DNA of 41,428 bases from Octopus bimaculoides. Taxonomy: Eukaryota. The notes beneath the pieces were generated by a model. The model did no database searches, was not told where the DNA came from, and saw only the letters and a program-made list of their open reading frames with translations. This document shows, piece by piece, positions 33,521-41,428 of the stretch (the stretch's first letter is position 1; each line of letters starts with the position of its first letter). Location of the stretch: NCBI RefSeq assembly GCF_001194135.2, contig NC_068999.1, forward strand, positions 4,058,443 to 4,099,870, in the 5' to 3' direction. The translations under genes and the position numbers were made by a program.

Positions 33521-34403
33521 TAGACAGATGAAGAAGTATGAAGAGAGTGGTAGTTGGAGTGATAGTTGTAGGGGTGGTAGTAGGCAGCAGTCAGTCAGTC
33601 AGTAATGATGTAGAAATGTCGTAAGAAGAACAGAGGGAGATACTACACAATCTATGGTACCACCTGATACAACACTGCCATTTCACTCACTCACCCTTCC
33701 TTTTTCTAAAGGTATTTATTCGAACAACCGGACACCCCTTCTCAAGGGGTCTCTCGTTGACGGTTCCTCTCTTTTTCCTTTTTTTATTTTGCTTTATTAT
33801 ATCATTATATCATTTTAACCTGGTCTCTATTGATTCAATCTTTAATGTGTGATTGATTGGTTATCGATGAATATGAGAAACATGACGATGCTTTTTTGGT
33901 TTTTCTTTTCTTTTCTTTTTTGTGTGCCTTATTTTAAGAAATACGATATGGAGACAGTAGCAGAGTGTATAATTTAATCCTGGCTGGCTGGCTCTCTGTA
34001 ATATTGCGTTTATATATCAGGAAAAAGAAAGAGAGAGAGAGAGAGAGAGAGGGGAGTGTGTATATATGAATGTGTGTATGTGCGAATGCAGTGTATACAT
34101 ACACGCATACATAAATAATGTATGTATGCGCGCGTGTGTGTGCATTATATTTATATATATAGATATATATGTATATATATATATATATGAACACGCATTT
34201 ACCTGTCTAAATGGATGACAAAGAATTGGTTTTCGCTGCTTCCACAAACAAGCACACACACATACATACATACACACACACATACATATATACACACATA
34301 CATACATGTAAGACTATATATAAGAACATAAGATACGAGTGAGTTGTATACACGCGCACGTTATAAGCGTACACTATTGTATTAATATATATTTCTCTGT
34401 TTA

Positions 34404-34452
<49 letters not shown>

Positions 34453-34603
34453 ACAGCGGATGTTTGTATCCACTCATCTTTTCTGTTGTGATGCTTTCCT
34501 AAGCAAAACTAAACACGCACATTTTTCTATGTGTGTGTGTGTACTTGTTAGTCTGTGTATGTATGAACTTATGTGTGTATGTATGCATCTATACATACAC
34601 ATA

Positions 34604-34662
<59 letters not shown>

Positions 34663-35503
34663 GATACATACACAAACACAAACAAAACATGAAGAATTCC
34701 AATGAATTTCAAAATAAACATGACATATTCATTTTTCTATAATCCTATCGACACCTTTAATGAATCTTCTTGTGGTACCTGATTCTGTAGAAAATGGTCG
34801 GGTGCTAAAGGAAAACCAACACACACACACACACACACACACACAAGTGTGTGTGTGTGCGCGCTCGTGTAGAAGAATTACGTCGTGAAAGACATTTAAC
34901 CATTTCTAAAAAGATACATTCTTAATAGGTTGAATTCAGTTTAATACGTATAATGTATGTATAAAGATGTGTGTGCGCGTGTGTGTAACAATTACATCGT
35001 GCTAGAGTCATATTTATCCCTTTGCCAAAACACACCTTTCATAGATTGAATTTAGTAAACTATGTATAACACACACACACACACATACACACACACATAC
35101 ACACAAAATGTATTTACATTATATATTTATGTACATGTGTGCGTGTGTATATACAAATATATACATATGATTTGTACATACATACATGCATGCATACATA
35201 CATACATACATACATACATACATAATCGTTTATTATTAACAGCAAATTGGTCATCTTCACTTACAGCTGTTTCGATTAATGCTCAATAAACATTGAATTA
35301 ACATTTATGCGGCATGAGCATAATATCATCAGAGGGGAAAAGATGTACCTTTGGATGTTATTTGTGTGTTTGTGAATTCATTTTAGCAGGTCAATTTGTT
35401 GTTAATAATAAACAATTATTAACTTCACAATCTCCATACATACATACATACATACATACATACATACATACATACATACATACATGTATATATGGATAGA
35501 TAT

Positions 35504-35559
<56 letters not shown>

Positions 35560-35905
35560 GTAGGATTAACAAAAGTACTCCATTCGGTGAACGATAAAAG
35601 TCATTTAAAATACACAATTACAAAATACCTAGTGATGTTTTAAGATACTGGGTGTGTTATATAAATCTGTCTTAATTTAATGTATCTTAAAGCATGACAC
35701 TCACTAGCTCTTTTGTAATCGTGTCTATTAAATGAAATGCAAAACCGTCATGATAAGTGTAAATTAATTGTAGCAGCTGACGTTGTAGTCTTTTTGATAA
35801 CACTGTATCGATTTGGTGGTGGTGGTGGTCGTGATAACAACAACGACGGTTCCCTTCCGTATCAAACCTTGTTCTTTGTTACAGTTTTTGATTTGTCAAC
35901 AACTT

Positions 35906-35944
<39 letters not shown>

Positions 35945-36068
35945 AGCAGTCACTGCGCTCATTTGTATCAATCTATGTCTATCTAGCTACCTATATACAC
36001 ACACATCTATGTATGCGTGTATACATTTGTATGCGTGTGTGTGTGTGTGTGTATACATTATATATATG

Positions 36069-36102
<34 letters not shown>

Positions 36103-37791
36103 CATGTTTACATGTAAATATATATATACAAATATATATATATACAAATATATATTGCATAATAAGGATTATACTCACACACATACATACATAAAAACAC
36201 ACACCCACACATATATATATCAACCTTTTTCGTCACACTCTCTCTTTCCGTCTCTTTCTCTCTCTAGATGTTTTCGATCTAGTTTGGATTCTTTGCCATC
36301 AAATTTGATTACAAAGAACTCAAATTTGTGGGCAAAGAATCCAAACTAGATCGAAAACATATCCCTTACTTTCTATTTACTTCCCTATTTCTTTTATGTA
36401 TGTCTTTCTCATTCTCCCGCACGTACGCACCATGAGAGCCGCTTATTATAATCACAGATGTTATCAAACGATTATTGCTATTAAAAATACTGAGTCCCCA
36501 ACACAAGATGATTCTTACATCCTTTGCTTAAAGCTATAAAACGTCTTTTTGCAAAATAAGAAACCTTCTGTCCAAAAATGACCACAACAAACGGCTTTAT
36601 TGTATTTGCGTATGTACATCTATATACACAATCAGCTTGTACGTCTGTAATAATCCCTGGTCTATGTATGTGTATGTATATCTGTCTATCTATCTGTTAA
36701 TAAGAGCTGGGTCTGCCTGTGTGTCGGTCTCTCTTTGTCTATAGATGTCTATATATCAATCTCGACTATTTCATAGTAAGAAAGTGTAAGGAAATAGCGC
36801 CTTCATAACATGTATGGATAGATAGATAGATAGATAGATACATACATACATACATACATACACACATACACACACATACATATCGCGATATGTGTATTTT
36901 TTTTCCTGTAGAGATATCTGCACGTATTTCAGAGTATTTAGACACAAACACGTCTAATTTATAAGCACAGACACAAATGCCGTGTCTCGAATGTATTTTT
37001 ATAAGCACACCGTTTTCATCTGACTTTGAACAATAAACAAAGCGATTTACATCACAGGTTTATTTCTGTGGACAAAACACAACTTGAGATCAATTTGACT
37101 GCAAATACCATGTAGCTATTTATTGTGCATACCAAGCAGGACTTAGCCAAACTGGTTTCTCTAATTTGCATAACAGTACGTGCGCTGATAACGTACATTA
37201 ATAAACAGTGCACTACACAGAGTTTGTGTGTGTGCGTGGATAGATATGGGATCTTTCTGAATTGACGGGCACCACTTTTCAGTTTACAGAATCCAGTTTC
37301 AATCCCCAGCAGAAACTAACACTTTCCAAGGGCGCTGTCAATATCCAAGCGATCGGCATGAACACCCCGGTATCTTCATTGGTCCTCAGTAGTAAGGGGT
37401 GGATAAAGTAAGCCCCAGTGAAGACAAAATACCATGTGGTATTTAGTTACGTCCCTCTCTTTTTTTTCTTTTTTCTTTTTTTGCCCTTATAAGTGCCTCA
37501 GCTCGAAGAACAAAGATTATCTATGGCCCTTCTGTCCGGACCTTTATGATTTGTGGGGAAAAAAAAGGAAGATACTAGTCTCGAACCAGAGACCTAGTTA
37601 AAAGCATTTGCATTGGACTTTGCAGAAGACAACCAAAAGATGGTGATGGCGTTGATGATAGTGGTGGTGGTGGCGGTGATGATGAAGAAGGCGATGTATT
37701 CAGTCTATCACTGAACCAAACTCGACGCTGAAGATGGTCTATTGCGTGTTCGTGCTTCACTGTTGCTATAATCTTGTATAGGCCATGAGAG

Positions 37792-37975
37792 CGGTGGTGG
37801 ACTGGGGTAGAATCGTTAGAGCATTGGGGGGGGGGATGCCTTGCCCAGTATTTCTTTCAACATTTCACGTTCTGAGTTCAAATGCCGCCGAGAGCAATTT
37901 TGCCATTTATTTATTTATTTAGTACCATTCACGCACTGGGGTCCCTACAATTTACTGACTCTTTCCCTTCGACAT
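37792..37975 (+). mobile_element. SINE-like family A, degenerate
   Basis: agaatcgttagagc...acgttctgagttcaaatgccgccgag...cgcactggggtc. Confidence 0.65.
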
Positions 37976-38829
37976 TGCAACCCTTATTACCTAAATTTCA
38001 AACTGTTATGTTACGAAGGTCGATCCGGAATTTCATTAAAAACCATAAAAAACAATGAAACAAAATTTAGTATAAAGTGGCCCCGACGATAGGAGAGGTG
38101 GTGGTGGTGACAGTGGTTGTGGTGTTTAGGTCTGAGGGATAGAAATATTAGAAGTCATCAATTTACGAGAAGGGAAAAAAGGGACAAGTTTATCAATACA
38201 GTCCTTGTTTCTGGTCCACCTCCGAGGTTTTTTCTTTCTTTTTTTCTTTTTTATCTGTCCTTGTTTTAAGTCTGTATCGCAGCACAAAGGAATATATTCT
38301 TGCCAAAAGAAGGGACAGAAACTGTGAGAAAGAGCTTTTTGTTTTGCCTCTCTCCAAAACACTGACATTTAATACAGGAACATGATATAAATATTTACTC
38401 CTTGTGCAAGTGTGTGTGTGTGAGGTCTTCTATAGCTCCCGCTTTCTTGCTTAGTCCAAGGCCAGAAATATGTATGTATGTATGTGTGTGTGTATGTGTC
38501 TGTGTGTAGATTTGTATGTATGTTTTATGTATGTATTCTCATGCATAGAGTTGCATATCTAGATATGCTCATATATATTGAAATGGTAAACTTCTGGAAA
38601 GTTTTACAGATTTTTACAGTTCCAGTGATGGATTGGATCTGTAGTCCTCGAATTAGCTTTCTCCTTTCTGGTTTTGAGAAGCCTAATTTCTCAAGATTGG
38701 TATTTAGGCAGAGTGTTAGATATCTCAGTTCTCCAATAATTACAGGTATAAACCTGAACTTGTAATCTGGATGTATGTATCTATGTATGTATGCATGCAT
38801 GCATGCACGCACGTATGTACGTATGTATG

Positions 38830-39050
38830 TACGAGGGAGTGCAGTAATGTTCCTGGTTTTAAGGGTGTCGCGAAAGGCCTGGTCGGAGGCACGACCTTCC
38901 GAGTTCTTTTACAGGGCTTAGAAAAACTGAAGGACCACTGCAATAAGTGTGTGAATCTGAGAAGAGAGTATATTGAACAAAATAATAATTGACTGATCCT
39001 CCTATATTTTCTCTTACCCAAAGCCAAGAACTTTTCAGCACGTACTCGTA
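38830..39050 (+). mobile_element. Tc1/mariner-derived MITE (internally deleted), inserted at TA in (TATG)n
   Basis: Imperfect TIRs of about 31 bp (tacgagggagtgcagtaatgttcctggtttt / aaagccaagaacttttcagcacgtactcgta) bounded by TA; 38915-38977 encodes GLEKLKDHCNKCVNLRREYIE, resembling the mariner transposase C-terminus. Confidence 0.8.
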
Positions 39051-39065
39051 TGTATGTATATGTAT

Positions 39066-39200
39066 GGACGCGTGTTGTAATGGTTAAGGTGTCGGACACA
39101 CGATCATAAGATCGTGAGTTCGATTCTGGGACCGGGTGGTATGTTATGTCCCTTGAACGAAGCACTTCTTTTCACATTGCTTCAGTCTCTCTTCAGCTAA
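39066..39200 (+). mobile_element. SINE-like family C head, CpG-retaining
   Basis: aatggttaaggtgtcggacacacgatcataagatcgtgagttcgattctgggaccggg aligns with the 14010 copy. Confidence 0.65.
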
Positions 39201-39601
39201 ACACAAAGAGTCCCAGACTTGTTCTAGCAGCGCTAATTGCTCCCTTTCTCCCTCCAGCTATCACATCTTCGATGTTTGGCTGCGTCAAGGTTGGAAGGGT
39301 TGAGAAGATATCTGTATCTGCTCGCAATTACATCACAGGCACCTAAGACAATTACTGAGAGTGCGCTGGTTCAAATCACCTTGTCTTCCTCACCTCCCAA
39401 TGGCAGCCAAGCTTATTTTCTCTCTGCCTTTGGTCTGTAAGTGTTATTTCCTATTTGCTTCTATCTAGAAATCAAAGGAAATCACTACTATTCCCTTCAA
39501 ACTTTGCTTTTGTCACGTGGACATCAATGTTCCGAAACTGACCTGTTTTCCATTACATTTCAAACAGATTCAGCGCGAAGTTGCTGAAGCAGAAATATCG
39601 T

Positions 39602-39778
39602 TATAGCAAATATTCTGCTCAATACCACAGATTTGCTTGTCACTTGCTTGACCTTAACCACTTGGGCATGTCCCTTAGTGGCCGACAATATGTGCATCTC
39701 TGATCACGAGCAGGAGTAGTGGGGGAGCATCATAGCCGTGGGTTGAGAGGGAAGGGATTCTTTGGGCTTTGAATAAAT
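39602..39778. mobile_element. Interspersed repeat family E, inverted relative to the 2602 copy
   Basis: gcaaatattctgctcaataccacagatttgcttgtc...gtgcatctctgatcacgagcaggagtagtgggggagcatcatagcc. Confidence 0.7.
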
Positions 39779-40368
39779 ATAACAACAGCAAAGTTTGAAG
39801 GAAATATTAGCCCTTTTCCATACTGTCTCGGGGTCAGCAAATAAGAAATAACAATTGCTACCCAAGGACAAAAATCGTATTACACAATGTTATTATCATN
39901 NNNNNNNNNNNNNNNNNNNNNNNNNNNNNNNNNNNNNNNNNNNNNNNNNNNNNNNNNNNNNNNNNNNNNNNNNNNNNNNNNNNNNNNNNNNNNNNNNNNN
40001 NNNNNNNNNNNNNNNNNNNNNNNNNNNNNNNNNNNNNNNNNNNNNNNNNNNNNNNNNNNNNNNNNNNNNNNNNNNNNNNNNNNNNNNNNNNNNNNNNNNN
40101 NNNNNNNNNNNNNNNNNNNNNNNNNNNNNNNTTTCTTTTTTTTTCTCTTAGAAATTAATAATAAAGAAGTTATTTTTGTCAGCAGCATGTGCAAAAACTA
40201 CACCAATGCAGAAAATTTAAGTAAAACTATGAAAATTTGAAATACACCAAGTAGTTGGGTGAAATTTATCAAGATCCGCTCTATTACATGGTTGGCCAAG
40301 ATGCTAGAAACAGCAGTCAAATCTCCCTCAAATCATAGACAGACAGAGAGAAGCGACGTAAGCTAGAG

Positions 40369-40757
40369 CCGTGCTTCTCAAACTATCTGATGTGGCGCAC
40401 CGGCAGTCTTTTTTTTTTTTTTCTAATGTTCCAGGGACCAGTAATATTTCTTAGTAATATTGATTTATACCGGAAACAATATATATAATACAATATATAT
40501 AATACAATTGTTTTCGTTCCAGCACACGATCTCAGATCAGGTCACTTGCTATGCAAGTACATCTCCGCAATATATATAATGAATATAATAAAAGTTGACA
40601 ATTTTTTTTTATCTTATATTCATTTTGTAAACAAATAATACAATAATATTACATAAGCATTTGATTACGTTTCTTTCTTGTCTGGAAACTCGCCGCGTAC
40701 TGGCAGCTGATGGCTCGCAGACTGGCACCGGTCCACGAACCACCACTTTGAGCGAGA
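40369..40757. mobile_element. hAT/Charlie-like MITE
   Basis: 5' ccgtgcttctcaaact; 3' accggtccacgaaccaccactttgag; GC-rich ends around an AT-rich core. Confidence 0.55.
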
Positions 40758-41428
40758 ATATGTTTCGCTCGGGGCAGCCCTTTTGTCGCTACCCACCTCC
40801 TGGCTATCGGAATGTTCTACAGACTTATAAAGCAGACCCAAAAGTGACGTTCCGTTTGTGACCATTTGTTCAATAAGCACCCAAGACCACGTTATCTAAA
40901 TGTTTTCGTTCCCTTTTTAAGACAGCAGAGACGGTTTTGAGAGAGATTTGACTGCTTTCGAACATTGATCCAACATGTGATCAGTAAATCTAGTTTCTGA
41001 AAGAACCAAACTATTTTGATAGAGAAGAGTAAAAGTCTGAAAGACAAATTAGCTTCAGTGTTTGGTAAATTCTTTGAATCATGTTTTATTTGATTATAAA
41101 GTCTGTGACGTTAGAATTTTTAATACTGACCAGAGAGAACCATTCCTTTGTTTGCAACCAAATTCCTGTAAAGATTGCAGGAAGAGCATTTTATCTTTCT
41201 CACAGACAACAGACGATCAGTCAGATTTCTTCGTCTGTTTACAGTTCATGGGAAGAAATGGTCTAACGATGCCATAGAGTGTTTGGTTGGTTGGTAGTCA
41301 CAATTGGTGTGTGTGTGTGCTTTATTCTTTTGCGTTATCATTTTTTTTAATGGAATCAACTTTTAGAGAAAGGAGAGAATGATGTGTGAGTGTATACGTC
41401 AGTGTGTGTGTGTGTGTGTGTGTGTGTG

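Noticed and set aside
34819-34860. (CA)n-(TG)n foldback hairpin
   Set aside because: Expected by chance or slippage in a window saturated with CA/TG repeats.
91-39200. tRNA genes at the A/B-box motifs
   Set aside because: Each continues into a shared non-tRNA body and I cannot fold a full cloverleaf; these are SINE heads.
1621-41277. Most ORFs in the six-frame track (poly-I, HT/CV, YI, SL, LS, poly-X)
   Set aside because: They are translations of microsatellites, minisatellites, SINEs or N-gaps. Only those overlapping anoctamin exons, and the mariner remnant, contain real protein signal.
1-41428. A novel multi-gene or prokaryote-type system (defence island, operon, integrated virus)
   Set aside because: Only one spliced gene is supported; there are no long intronless ORFs and no integrase, capsid or reverse-transcriptase motifs.

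Overview
Eukaryotic genomic scaffold, AT-rich and very dense in microsatellites, with six N-gaps. It is most likely an octopus; this is inferred from the repeat families and is not proven. The only protein-coding gene I can support is a + strand anoctamin/TMEM16 gene. I reconstructed 20 GT-AG exons between 6523 and 26440 (2107 nt: 1 nt of a split codon, 701 codons and TGA). They splice into one open frame from the end of the N-terminal cytosolic domain through TM1-TM10 to the stop; the 5' exons lie upstream of the window. All canonical Ca2+-binding motifs are present (NNxxE, EYLE, EVRLD), and TM5 carries the scramblase-type Gln. The rest of the window is tRNA-derived SINE-like families, an RTE-tail-like repeat, hAT-, mariner- and piggyBac-like MITEs, mini/microsatellites and a probable long 3' UTR. 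Nearly all ORFs in the supplied track are repeat artefacts. I found no convincing new multi-gene system. The best leads are a 93-nt hairpin with a perfect 30-bp stem (36268-36360), a 38-bp copy of an exon end plus donor (13015-13052), inverted SINE pairs bracketing the two Ca2+-site exons, an in-frame alternative acceptor, a recursive-splice-like exon start, twin MITEs each hit by the same SINE, and a CpG-decay contrast between the gene body and its 3' flank. Repeat boundaries are approximate and were read by eye.
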